A stretch of DNA of 64,000 bases, from the NCBI GenBank assembly GCA_030680695.1, contig JAUXUT010000149.1, forward strand, positions 357,000 through 420,999, written 5' to 3'. Every line of letters starts with the position of its first letter. Positions within the stretch are counted from its first letter, which is position 1. A program made the position numbers and the translations under genes. This DNA is from a bacterium. GTDB taxonomy: Bacteria; Patescibacteriota; Minisyncoccia; Phycocordibacterales; UBA6065. Under the pieces are notes generated by a model, which saw only the letters and a program-made list of their open reading frames with translations, had not been told where the DNA came from and searched no databases. Of this stretch, positions 19,109 through 28,057 are shown piece after piece.

Positions 19109-20344
19109 CTACGGATTCTGTGCGAGCATCTCGAGAGCATCGGCTATCCTGTCCACATCCCGCTCATCGATGTCAGGGTCTAGAGTGAACCTCAAAGTGT
19201 TTCTAGACCGCCAACCCTTGCCCTTCAACATAGCGGCAACGACATAAGAATCCTCCTCGCCTTTGAGGCATGAACTCTTGGTCGAGCAAGCGATGCCCAT
19301 CTCGTCGAGCTTGATTACAGCAAATTCAGGATCGGATATGTTTGGAAGCGACACGTTTAAATTATTTGGAAGACGGCGTTCGAGCGTGCCATTGATAGCA
19401 GCATCTGGTATGCGGCGCTCGATATGGGTGACGAGACGATTGCGCATCGCTTTCGCTTTCACGACGCGCGCGTCGCGCCCTTTGTGGGCGAGCTCAAAAG
19501 CCTTGGTAAAACCTGCGATGAGTTCAAGGCTTTCAGTCGTGGCGCGCATGCCGCGTTCCTGTCCCCCGCCGAGGATTAGCGGTGCGCATTCAATACCTCG
19601 GCGTAAGACAAGCGCGCCGACGCCTTTCGGACCCTGCATTTTATGCCCATCCAGTGTCATGGCGTCGGCGCGCATACCTTCCATATCACATGACATCCAC
19701 AACGGCGTCTGGCAAGCATCGACGTGGAATATCGGGTAATCGCTTTCCCTCTCTGCTTTGAGCTTGCGCAGACCGGCACCAATGCGCGACACCTGTTGTA
19801 CTGTACCGATTTCGTTGTTTGCGAGCATACACGTGACAAGCACAGTGTTCGGGCGTACAGCGGCAAGGATGTCTTCGGCGCGGACCACACCATCCTGGCC
19901 GGGGTCGACGAAGGTGATTTTGGCGCCGAGCGAAGCGAGGCGCCTTAATGGTTCGAGCACTGACGAGTGCTCGATCGATGTTGAAACTAAATGCAAATCA
20001 TTTGCATTTGCACCAGCGGCCATACAGGCATCGGTAATGCCACGAATGACAGTATTATTCGCCTCGGTGCCTCCAGATGTGAAATAAACTTCGTCCGGCC
20101 TTGCAGAAACGATATGTGCACAAGAGGTACGGAACGACTCGAGTATTCGTTTTGCCTCGACACCCTCTCGATACAAAGATGATGGATTCGCGGCAGTGCG
20201 ACGAACCGAAGCCATCGCATCTTTCACTTCAGGATGCATCGGTGCGGTAGCCGCCCAGTCTGCATAGATACGCCGAGCCGCTCCGAGAAGCGATAAGCGT
20301 GCCGGACCAGAAAAACTCGATACAAGGTTAGAGAAGAAGGACAT
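19109..20344 (-). CDS. Cysteine desulfurase (IscS/NifS family)
   Basis: IYADWAATAP, FTSGGTEANN, NNEIG, HVDACQ, GHKMQGPKG, STKSSC. Confidence 0.92.
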   Translation of the reverse strand: MSFFSNLVSSFSGPARLSLLGAARRIYADWAATAPMHPEVKDAMASVRRTAANPSSLYREGVEAKRILESFRTSCAHIVSARPDEVYFTSGGTEANNTVIRGITDACMAAGANANDLHLVSTSIEHSSVLEPLRRLASLGAKITFVDPGQDGVVRAEDILAAVRPNTVLVTCMLANNEIGTVQQVSRIGAGLRKLKAERESDYPIFHVDACQTPLWMSCDMEGMRADAMTLDGHKMQGPKGVGALVLRRGIECAPLILGGGQERGMRATTESLELIAGFTKAFELAHKGRDARVVKAKAMRNRLVTHIERRIPDAAINGTLERRLPNNLNVSLPNISDPEFAVIKLDEMGIACSTKSSCLKGEEDSYVVAAMLKGKGWRSRNTLRFTLDPDIDERDVDRIADALEMLAQNP

Positions 20345-20433
20345 GCGAACATGATACGAGGCGCGCGACTAAAAAACAAATAAAAAGCTGATAAACATTG
20401 CTTCAAGCCGCTTTTTCGGCTAGTATAAACCGC

Positions 20434-20904
20434 ATGACGATCTCTCCTGACATGCTGATTGGTATCCTCATAGGCCTCGTCGCTATCGTCGCGTTGGGGC
20501 TTATCCGCCTTGAAGTGAAGCTCCGCAGGCTCTGCCGCGGCGCACAGGGCAAAGACCTTGAGGCAAGCATGAACAAGATGCATGACGGCATCGAATCGTT
20601 GCAGAAATTCGAGACGGAATCGAAGTCATATTTCAAGAACGTTGAACGTCGCTTGCGAAGATCCGCCCAGGCCGTAGACGTCGTCAAATTCAACGCCTTC
20701 AAAGGTGACGGCCTGGGCGGAAACCAGTCCTTCGCCGCCGCCATCCTCGACGAGGACGGCAACGGCGCCGTCATATCGAGCCTCTACTCCCGTGACCGTG
20801 TTTCTGTATTCTCGAAACCGATAAAACGGTTTGCCGGCGAGATTGAACTTTCCCAGGAAGAAACCGACGCTGTGTCCCGCGCCAAGGCCAAACTGTCTGC
20901 ATAA
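20434..20904 (+). CDS. DUF4446-like membrane-anchored protein
   Basis: TM, coiled coil, then KFNAFK..GGNQSFAAAILD..GNGAVISSLYSRD...LSQEE. Confidence 0.8.
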   Translation: MTISPDMLIGILIGLVAIVALGLIRLEVKLRRLCRGAQGKDLEASMNKMHDGIESLQKFETESKSYFKNVERRLRRSAQAVDVVKFNAFKGDGLGGNQSFAAAILDEDGNGAVISSLYSRDRVSVFSKPIKRFAGEIELSQEETDAVSRAKAKLSA

Positions 20905-20953
20905 CGACGAGAAATGAACCGACACCCACACCAGAATCTATACGTACACCAAC

Positions 20954-22510
20954 ATGGCAAAGAAAACCGCACAACAGAATACGACTGTAAAACCAACCGC
21001 TTCGGAAAAGCGTCCACCTGTCGTGGCTGTGATGGGTCATATCGACCACGGTAAATCGACACTTCTCGACTACATCCGAAAATCTAACGTCGTAGACACC
21101 GAAGCTGGCGGAATCACTCAACGCATCAGCGCCTACGAAGTAACCCGGAAATCAAAAAGCGGCACAGAAGAACGTGTCACATTCATCGACACCCCGGGAC
21201 ACGCTGCCTTTTCTGGTATGCGTGAACGAGGCGCAACCACTGCTGACATATGCATACTCGTCGTTTCATCAGAAGACGGCGTCAAACCTCAAACCGTCGA
21301 GGCTTACAAACAAATTAAAACCGCGGGTGTACCGTTCATCGTCGCTATCACCAAAATAGACAAGCCGACCGCGAACGTCGAACGTGCAAAGATTTCGCTC
21401 GCCGAGAATGAAATATACCTAGAAGGCTACGGTGGCGATATCTCATACGTACCTGTATCTGCTAAATCAGGCGATGGTATCGACGATCTCCTCGAACTCA
21501 TACTCCTTACCGCAGAAGTCGCGGAATTCAAGGGCGACCGCAATGCCCTCGCATCGGGCTCGATCATCGAAGCTCATCGCGATCCAAAGAAAGGCATCAG
21601 CGCGACACTTATTGTAAAAGACGGTTCTCTCGGTACTGGCCAGTTCGTTGCGTGCGGAAGCGCTTGGTCCCCTACCCGCATGCTTGAAGATTTCGCTGGT
21701 AAAAAAATCGTCACAGTATCTTTCTCATCCCCACTACGCGTCATCGGCTGGAACGAGGCTCCACAGGTCGGCGGACAGTTCGTCACGTTCGCATCGAAAT
21801 CTGACCTGGAAGACCATCTTGAAACCATACGCGAGTCCAAACTCCGTCCCGTAAACAATCCTGGTGCACCAATCGCCGCGCCCAAGGTGCCAGAAGAGTC
21901 AGACAAGGCCTCGCTCCCGCTCATCATCAAAGCCGACGTCCTTGGCTCGGCCGAAGCTATCGAAAAAGAACTCTCGAAACTCGGTAACGAACGTATCGCA
22001 CCAAAAATCATCCTCGCATCGATAGGAGACATAACCGAATCAGACATCAAAGTTGCAGGCGGTGGCACAGACACCGTAGTACTCGGCTTCAACGTTCGTA
22101 TGGATAGCCAGGCCAAGGCCATGGTCGAACGCCTCGGAATCTCGTACCAATCTTTCGACATCATCTACAAGCTTATCGAATGGGTCGACGAGCTCATCAA
22201 ACAGCGCACCCCGAAAGTCGCAGCCGAAGAAATTGTCGGTAAGGCAAAGATACTCAAGTACTTCAGCGCCATGAAAGACAAACAAATCGTAGGAGGCAAG
22301 GTCATAGACCGAGAAATCGGCCTCGGCCATATCGTGAAAATCGTCCGCCGCGAAACCACCATCGGTCAGGGCGTCATCCGCGAGCTCCAACAGGCCAAAG
22401 TCAAGACATCGACGGTGAAAGAAGGCTTTGAATTCGGCGCCATGATCGATTCCAAGATCGAGCTCGCCCCAGGCGACGTACTCGAAGATTTCGTGGTCGT
22501 GGAAAAATAA
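20954..22510 (+). CDS. infB: Translation initiation factor IF-2 (short form)
   Basis: RPPVVAVMGHIDHGKST, EAGGITQ, DTPGHAAF, IIKADVLGS. Confidence 0.97.
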   Translation: MAKKTAQQNTTVKPTASEKRPPVVAVMGHIDHGKSTLLDYIRKSNVVDTEAGGITQRISAYEVTRKSKSGTEERVTFIDTPGHAAFSGMRERGATTADICILVVSSEDGVKPQTVEAYKQIKTAGVPFIVAITKIDKPTANVERAKISLAENEIYLEGYGGDISYVPVSAKSGDGIDDLLELILLTAEVAEFKGDRNALASGSIIEAHRDPKKGISATLIVKDGSLGTGQFVACGSAWSPTRMLEDFAGKKIVTVSFSSPLRVIGWNEAPQVGGQFVTFASKSDLEDHLETIRESKLRPVNNPGAPIAAPKVPEESDKASLPLIIKADVLGSAEAIEKELSKLGNERIAPKIILASIGDITESDIKVAGGGTDTVVLGFNVRMDSQAKAMVERLGISYQSFDIIYKLIEWVDELIKQRTPKVAAEEIVGKAKILKYFSAMKDKQIVGGKVIDREIGLGHIVKIVRRETTIGQGVIRELQQAKVKTSTVKEGFEFGAMIDSKIELAPGDVLEDFVVVEK

Positions 22511-22532
22511 TCGATAATATAAACCTAACGAC

Positions 22533-22856
22533 ATGGCATTCAGCAAAACACGATTCGAGGAACTAATTCGCGAGCTCGCCTCGAAATTCCTATCTATGGA
22601 ATCGAACAGGACTTCCCTCATCACGGTGACGCGTGTCGAATCAGACCCAAAGGGATCTGTAGCAAACATATACTTCACCGTGTTCCCCGACACCCAACAG
22701 AACGCGGCGCTTGATTTTGTAAAGCGTCAGAGGAGCGAATTTCGTGCATTCCTCAAGAATAACGCCCGTCTCATGCGCATTCCACACGTAGATTTCCATA
22801 TCGATGCTGGTGAACGCAGCCGTCAAAAAATTGACGGGCTCATGGGAGGGCTTTAG
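22533..22856 (+). CDS. rbfA: Ribosome-binding factor A
   Basis: ITVTRVE, MRIPHVDFHID; follows infB. Confidence 0.88.
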   Translation: MAFSKTRFEELIRELASKFLSMESNRTSLITVTRVESDPKGSVANIYFTVFPDTQQNAALDFVKRQRSEFRAFLKNNARLMRIPHVDFHIDAGERSRQKIDGLMGGL

Positions 22857-22888
22857 GATTATTTTATCTGCCCCGCATTCCACCTTTC

Positions 22889-22919
22889 TTCCCATCGTCC
22901 TAAAATTGGACGATGGGAA
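22889..22919 (+). promoter_or_regulatory. Hairpin occluding the LAGLIDADG start codon, with a -10 box in the loop
   Basis: TTCCCATCGTCC-TAAAATT-GGACGATGGGAA, a perfect 12-bp stem. ATG 22913 lies in the 3' arm. Confidence 0.7.
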
Positions 22920-23590
22920 TACGACATACAGTAAACGAAGTCTTCTTTAGAGATTGGAACCCGAGGATGGCCTACACACTCGGTTACATATTCGCCGACG
23001 GATGTCTTGAGTATTACCCACGATTCAGACAAAAATATGTATCGATAGCAAGTACAGACAAAGATACACTAGAAAGACTGAGAGACTGGATGGATTCAAA
23101 ACATAGGATATCATCGCGCAAATCACCGCATGCTAATGGTGCTCAAATATTTGTACTCCGAATCGGAAATGCGAGACTCTACGATTCACTTACGCTACGA
23201 GGACTTTATCCGAGAAAATCTCTGACCGTGCCTTTTCCCCAAGTACCAAAAGATATACTCCATCATTTTGTGAGAGGCTACTTCGATGGCGATGGCTGTG
23301 TCGCACTTGAAAAAGTGATAAGAAAATCAGGCGCCATACGTCCACGCAAGCTCAATGTCATATTCACCTCAGGAAGCGAGACCTTTCTTCATAACCTCGC
23401 TTTAGCTCTAGAGCGATTCTCCTGCGTTAAGCCGCAAAATATCATACGAGCGTGGACCGCATTCCAACTGCGGTATTCCACAACAGACAGCGAGGCACTG
23501 TTTCGCTTTATGTATTCGGATGCGACTGACGACGAGTATCTTAAAAGAAAACATGCTATATTCATTGAGCATTTTTCCTTGAAGTCCTAG
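22913..23590 (+). CDS. Free-standing double-motif LAGLIDADG endonuclease-like protein
   Basis: Motifs AYTLGYIFADG and FVRGYFDGDG, plus GLYPRKSL. Stop codon lies within tRNA-Cys. Confidence 0.9.
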   Translation: MGIRHTVNEVFFRDWNPRMAYTLGYIFADGCLEYYPRFRQKYVSIASTDKDTLERLRDWMDSKHRISSRKSPHANGAQIFVLRIGNARLYDSLTLRGLYPRKSLTVPFPQVPKDILHHFVRGYFDGDGCVALEKVIRKSGAIRPRKLNVIFTSGSETFLHNLALALERFSCVKPQNIIRAWTAFQLRYSTTDSEALFRFMYSDATDDEYLKRKHAIFIEHFSLKS

Positions 23591-23657
23591 TGGCGAAGCT
23601 GGTTAACGCGACGGTCTGCAAAACCGTTATTCGCCGGTTCGATCCCGGCCTAGGACT
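23584..23657 (+). tRNA. tRNA-Cys(GCA)
   Basis: Acceptor GTCCTAG/CTAGGAC, arm ACGGT-CTGCAAA-ACCGT, GGTTCGATCCC, U73 discriminator. Confidence 0.93.
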
Positions 23658-23667
23658 CAATAAAATA

Positions 23668-23753
23668 TGGTGGGCCAGGTGGGAGTCGAACCCACACGCC
23701 TTTCGGCAAGAAATTTTAAGTCTCTCGTGTATAACCAGTTTCACCACTGGCCC
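23668..23753 (-). tRNA. tRNA-Leu(TAA)
   Basis: Acceptor GGGCCAG/CTGGCCC, arm AGAGA-CTTAAAA-TTTCT, long variable arm, encoded CCA. Confidence 0.94.
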
Positions 23754-23815
23754 AATGCTCAAAGCCTATCATAAAACTGGAAAAAACCAGTGATGTGCGC
23801 TAGGATATTCCACAT

Positions 23816-23888
23816 CCGCCCTTAGCTCAGCTGGTAGAGCAGATCCCTCTTAAGGATAAGGTCGTAGGTTCGATCCCTACAGGGCGGA
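23816..23888 (+). tRNA. tRNA-Lys(CTT)
   Basis: Acceptor CCGCCCT/AGGGCGG, TAGCTCAGCTGGTAGAGC, loop CT-CTT-AA, GGTTCGATCCC. Confidence 0.93.
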
Positions 23889-23931
23889 CAAACGTTAAAG
23901 AAAACCGCCTGTGGCGGTTTTCTAGTTTGGC

Positions 23932-24020
23932 CGAGCCGGAGCCATATTTTTCGTCTCGAAAAATGGCGAGGCGGGGTCGCGGGTTCAGAGCGCGACGGCG
24001 CGAGGAAACCTGTGACGACC
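23932..24020 (+). repeat. Structured post-tRNA element, GA-hairpin-GAG family (copy 1)
   Basis: Hairpin GCCAT(A)TTTTCG...CGAAAAATGGC, then GGTCGCGGGTT-CA-GAGCGCGACGGCGCGAG-GA-AACCTGTGACGACC. Confidence 0.6.
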
Positions 24021-24054
24021 GGCTTCTCTCGTGTATACTTGGTCGATACACCCT

Positions 24055-24135
24055 GCGCGGGTGGTGAAATGGCAGACACACTTGCCTTAGGAGCAAGCGC
24101 CGCAAGGCATGGAGGTTCAAGTCCTCTCCCGCGCA
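24055..24135 (+). tRNA. tRNA-Leu(TAG)
   Basis: Acceptor GCGCGGG/CCCGCGC, arm CTTGC-CTTAGGA-GCAAG, variable arm, GGTTCAAGTCC. Confidence 0.94.
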
Positions 24136-24188
24136 CAATTACCGGATTGCTTGACTTTGCGCACGTAAATTGAGATAACGTGTGTTAA

Positions 24189-24563
24189 ATGAACATTAAA
24201 CCCACGAGAACGAGGACGCTGCTCCTCGTCGAGGATACTGACATACTACGAGACTTGCTCGAATTCGCCCTAGAAAGCCACCATTTTGTGGTAGTAGCGA
24301 AAAGCTCCTTTGCGGCGGGCCTACGGGCCATCCAAAAACAGGAGTATTTCGCCATCATCACGGACCAATTTCTGGGCGACGGCCATGGGACTGATCTTCT
24401 TGAGGAGGCCAAGGTTGAGCAACCTAATGCCCTTAGGTACCTCATGAGTTCAGCTCCAGAACCCAAGGGCCATTGCGCCCACACATTCTTGAGCAAGCTT
24501 GATCCAGCTCCGCTTCAACAACGGCTGTTGATAGCCATCGAAAAGGCAGGGTCTCGCAAATAA
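24189..24563 (+). CDS. Stand-alone response regulator receiver domain
   Basis: LLVEDTD, IITD (phospho-Asp), DGHG.DLL, LMSS, FLSK. Confidence 0.8.
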   Translation: MNIKPTRTRTLLLVEDTDILRDLLEFALESHHFVVVAKSSFAAGLRAIQKQEYFAIITDQFLGDGHGTDLLEEAKVEQPNALRYLMSSAPEPKGHCAHTFLSKLDPAPLQQRLLIAIEKAGSRK

Positions 24564-24659
24564 CTCAGTGTATTTAACACCTTCAAGCCACCCTACCAAG
24601 GGTGGTTTTTTCTTCCAAGATATGCATTTCTGGCGCTTAACCAAGGCCTAAATCTCCCC

Positions 24660-24741
24660 TTGACTTTTTATACATAAGGTAGTATAATTGAACGTAAGGC
24701 AGTAATTGGGTCGGTATGCGCCGTCCCCTGCTCTTTGAAAC
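24660..24741 (+). promoter_or_regulatory. sigma70 promoter plus boxA-like leader motif
   Basis: TTGACT-17-TATAAT (24660-24688), TGCTCTTTGAAAC at 24729-24741, then an AGGAG Shine-Dalgarno. Confidence 0.65.
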
Positions 24742-24758
24742 TTTAGGAGAAAATTACT

Positions 24759-26078
24759 ATGAAAAACCAGACCGTGATGGGGATGATCCTGTGGATCTTC
24801 GCCTTCTTCATCGCAGTCGCACTGTCCATCTACTTGATGGGTGTTGCGAACGTGCTCGTCTTAGGGCTCGGGACACTGATTTCACTCCCCTTGTGGGCGT
24901 GGGCAGTGTATCTGAGCGCGAAGACCGATCGACAGTTCACCTTCCGACGCACCGGAGAAATCAAGTTCAGTAAGGACGGCGAGGTGATCGACACGGTCAT
25001 CGCTCACGTCCCAGGGTTCTTCTATGACAAGGAGAACGATCTGATGGTCGAAGAGAAAGGCTCCGCGAACGGGCAGGGCGATGAGACAGACAGTAAGTTC
25101 TCTCGCTTGGTCAAGAAATTGGCCTCGGTCTTCGTGAAGGATGCGAAGAAGGACAAATCGGGCCTCGTGCTCGTGAGTCTCCTTTATCCATACCGCCGGC
25201 TTCACAGCTGGAAGTTCACGTGGACCAAGTTCGCGTCCAAGACACACAGCGAGGCGGGACGGGATCGGGTGTTCGATGATTACCTCATCGAGGAACGGAC
25301 AGAAGATGCGATAAAAAGCCTCTACTTCCAATACATCTACCCGATCGTGGTCAGGGAAATCGACCTCAAGGGCAAGATTCAGATAAAGATCCTGCTCCAG
25401 GTTACCCTCCGCGTGCGAAAGCCGTTGCACATCATCGGCTTTTACAAGGGAAACTTCCTGTCGGCCGTGATATCCGAAATCAAGGGCATTGTGGATAACG
25501 GCGTCGGTCATACCAAGGACATTGATGAATGGTATGCCGAAGACAGGGAGTCCGTCATCGACAAACTCCTGCACCCTTACAAGAACAAACTCTTGCAGGT
25601 GCTCGGGGGTGATCTCGAAATAGTGGACGCGTCCTACGTCAGCTTCGATTTCGACGGACCGAACGCCGAAATCAATCGAAAGGCCGCGTCCCAGAAAGAG
25701 CTTAATCGGCTAGAGGGTGACGGCACCATCGAAAAGGCGACGAAAGAAGCCGAGGCTGAGAAGAAACGGGCCGAACAAGAGATCACGAGGGCCCAGGGCG
25801 CGGCAAGAGCAGCCGAGCATGAGGCAACGGCCATAACGAGCATCGCTGCGGCGAAAGCTGCAGATGTCCGTATGGCTCTCGAGCAAGCGGCAAAGCATCC
25901 CCAGGGCGTGGAATTCCTCCTTGCGCGTGAGCGCACGGCGGCAACCGCTGCCTTCCGTGGCTCCACCCTGATCATGGATGGTTCTCGTGGAGGCGTCATG
26001 GTTTCAGCTGGCGAAAGCAAGCCGACCCAAGGCGAACCCAAGAAGGACAAGAAAGGCGAGAAGGAGGTGTCATCATGA
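24759..26078 (+). CDS. Membrane protein, possibly SPFH/Band-7 (flotillin-like)
   Basis: Two N-terminal TM helices, a beta-rich middle and an Ala/Glu coiled coil (AEAEKKRAEQEITRAQGAARAAEHEA). Family call is by architecture only. Confidence 0.55.
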   Translation: MKNQTVMGMILWIFAFFIAVALSIYLMGVANVLVLGLGTLISLPLWAWAVYLSAKTDRQFTFRRTGEIKFSKDGEVIDTVIAHVPGFFYDKENDLMVEEKGSANGQGDETDSKFSRLVKKLASVFVKDAKKDKSGLVLVSLLYPYRRLHSWKFTWTKFASKTHSEAGRDRVFDDYLIEERTEDAIKSLYFQYIYPIVVREIDLKGKIQIKILLQVTLRVRKPLHIIGFYKGNFLSAVISEIKGIVDNGVGHTKDIDEWYAEDRESVIDKLLHPYKNKLLQVLGGDLEIVDASYVSFDFDGPNAEINRKAASQKELNRLEGDGTIEKATKEAEAEKKRAEQEITRAQGAARAAEHEATAITSIAAAKAADVRMALEQAAKHPQGVEFLLARERTAATAAFRGSTLIMDGSRGGVMVSAGESKPTQGEPKKDKKGEKEVSS

Positions 26079-26794
26079 ATCTCTTGAGCCAAACTTCCGC
26101 ATGGATGCTGTGGGTCGCGGTGACCCCCATCGCTGTGGCGATCTTGATAGTCATCATGATGTCCACGGATGCCAAGGATTGGATGAAGTCAACGGTTGCG
26201 GGTCAGACCGCGAACGGCAAAACCATCGCGATCCTCTGTGTCCTGATAACAGCCACGAACTACATCATCTCAAAGTTTAACTACGAGTGGTGGTGGGCGT
26301 TGTGGTTGCATGGACCGTTCTTCATGGTTAACCTTGCCATATTGCTGGGCTGCTGGATTAGCATGTCTACCTTCGGGAAACTCGCGAAGGTGGGCGCTGT
26401 CATCATGGTAGCCTTCGCTCTGGCGGGTTGGATCAAGGTTGCTGTCGAGTCGCCGACCAGGGCCGAGATTGCGGCCCAAGCTTCGGAAAGACAACAAGCG
26501 CAAGTCATGGTCCCAACCTTCCAACGAATCGAGGACACCATCCAAGTCCGCAAGGGCGAATGGTCTCACCCGATTGTTGCTGGCGACATCATTCAGATTC
26601 AGTCGGTCACCGGTCTATACGTTCGGTATGATGGGAAAGGCACCGGAAAGCCTATGGCGCCCGGGGTCAAGAACATCATCCCGTTCGAGGCGGTGATGCA
26701 GGAAGTCCGGTCAACCGACCAGGCCTTCTGGATCAAATATTGGCGCGTGGTGCCCACAACGGCACTGGGTGGCGATGATGATCCACTAGACTGA
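26075..26794 (+). CDS. Hypothetical 4-TM protein with a soluble C-terminal domain
   Basis: ATGA overlap with the upstream ORF; four hydrophobic segments. Confidence 0.7.
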   Translation: MNLLSQTSAWMLWVAVTPIAVAILIVIMMSTDAKDWMKSTVAGQTANGKTIAILCVLITATNYIISKFNYEWWWALWLHGPFFMVNLAILLGCWISMSTFGKLAKVGAVIMVAFALAGWIKVAVESPTRAEIAAQASERQQAQVMVPTFQRIEDTIQVRKGEWSHPIVAGDIIQIQSVTGLYVRYDGKGTGKPMAPGVKNIIPFEAVMQEVRSTDQAFWIKYWRVVPTTALGGDDDPLD

Positions 26795-26813
26795 AACTGT
26801 TCTTTAGTCAGGC

Positions 26814-26845
26814 AAAGGCCGCGCATTCTATGCGCGGCCTTTTTT
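26814..26845. terminator. Bidirectional terminator
   Basis: AAAGGCCGCGCAT-TCT-ATGCGCGGCCTTTTTT between convergent operons. Confidence 0.8.
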
Positions 26846-26862
26846 CTTTCCCTGTTCTTTAC

Positions 26863-27111
26863 CTACACCCCAAGCGTTCGTTCGAGGACTGCGATAATCC
26901 CCCACACCGAGATCATGATGAAGAGACCGACGGTGCTCCAGAGGATATGATTCTTACCCTGAGTGCGATCTGCGTCGCCGTCACCTTTGATGAAGTAGAC
27001 GTAAACTCCGTAGATGAAGTATACGATCGCGGCCGCAAACATAAGCTGGACGAGCGGATTGACCACTGCGGCAAAGAAGCTCCGTACCAGATCGTTATCG
27101 GTCGCATTCAT
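26863..27111 (-). CDS. VirB2/TrbC-like pilin 5
   Basis: AAAIVYFIYG...GKNHILWSTVGLFIMISVWGII: two TM helices joined by a charged loop. Confidence 0.75.
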   Translation of the reverse strand: MNATDNDLVRSFFAAVVNPLVQLMFAAAIVYFIYGVYVYFIKGDGDADRTQGKNHILWSTVGLFIMISVWGIIAVLERTLGV

Positions 27112-27114
27112 CGA

Positions 27115-27483
27115 CTATCGAGGAAGGTTAAGGTTGTTGAGCGGATCCGTGTTTCCTCGTGGAGCGGTGTTGTCGAGTCCAAAAGAGTTGACGAGGATGT
27201 TTACAAGTCCCCATACCGACACCATCACGAAAAGAGCGATGATACCGTAAACAATCTTGTCTTTTGCTGCCTCTTTAGCACCTTCGTCTCCTGCGAGGAC
27301 GTACTTCGCGATACCGTAGATGAAGTATACGACTGCAGCAGCAATAATAAGAGGAAGTGCGACACTGAGGATGTCGGTGATGAACCTGATGACGCCATTA
27401 AGGTCGGTGACGTTCTCAGTTACCTGAGCCGCCACTACCGACGGGAGCGCGAACGATAGCGCTGCGATGCCGAGTGTTTTCAT
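27115..27483 (-). CDS. VirB2/TrbC-like pilin 4
   Basis: Signal peptide (AAQ), AAAVVYFIYG...AKDKIVYGIIALFVMVSVWGLVNIL. Confidence 0.8.
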   Translation of the reverse strand: MKTLGIAALSFALPSVVAAQVTENVTDLNGVIRFITDILSVALPLIIAAAVVYFIYGIAKYVLAGDEGAKEAAKDKIVYGIIALFVMVSVWGLVNILVNSFGLDNTAPRGNTDPLNNLNLPR

Positions 27484-27573
27484 ACGTTATTGTAAAGCCT
27501 GATAATTAATTAAAGGCCCCTATATTATACCAGCCAGAAACAGCTCCGAAAAGAGTCTGGGGATAAACGCGGC

Positions 27574-28056
27574 CTATCTTGGCGCCACGAGCTGTGGCGG
27601 GTTCTTGGCGTTAGTGTCAGAGAGCCTGAAGGTGTTATCGAGGATGTTAACCAAGCCCCAAATCGAAACCATCACGAAAAGACCGATGATGCCGTACAGG
27701 ATGATATTTCTACCCTCCTCTCTGCCTCCCTCTGTCATGAACTTCCATGCGCCATAAACCACATATAGCACCGAGAAGGCCATGATTAGATATACCGCGT
27801 AGTTGAAGAATCCGATAATACAGCTCACCACCCCAGCGACACCCTCCGATTTGAGATTCGAACATGACGAGATGCCGCCGCTGACCGACGGATTAGTAGC
27901 CACCACACGTCCCGTGTTGCCGACCTGCGTATATTGACCGCCGGACATAAACTCAACATATCCTTGAGGAATCTGCTGTTGTGCCAAAGAGACCGAAGGT
28001 GCAACAACAAACACCACAGCAGAAACAAGAAGCGTGACGACAAGTAATCTTTTCAT
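27574..28056 (-). CDS. VirB2/TrbC-like pilin 3
   Basis: Signal peptide (LAQ), Cys pair, YVVYGAWKF...GRNIILYGIIGLFVMVSIWGLVNIL. Confidence 0.8.
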   Translation of the reverse strand: MKRLLVVTLLVSAVVFVVAPSVSLAQQQIPQGYVEFMSGGQYTQVGNTGRVVATNPSVSGGISSCSNLKSEGVAGVVSCIIGFFNYAVYLIMAFSVLYVVYGAWKFMTEGGREEGRNIILYGIIGLFVMVSIWGLVNILDNTFRLSDTNAKNPPQLVAPR

Positions 28057-28057
28057 G

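Noticed and set aside
23562-24138. Short ORFs over the tRNA cluster (also 50461-51070 and 59383-59624)
   Set aside because: They are translations of tRNA genes.
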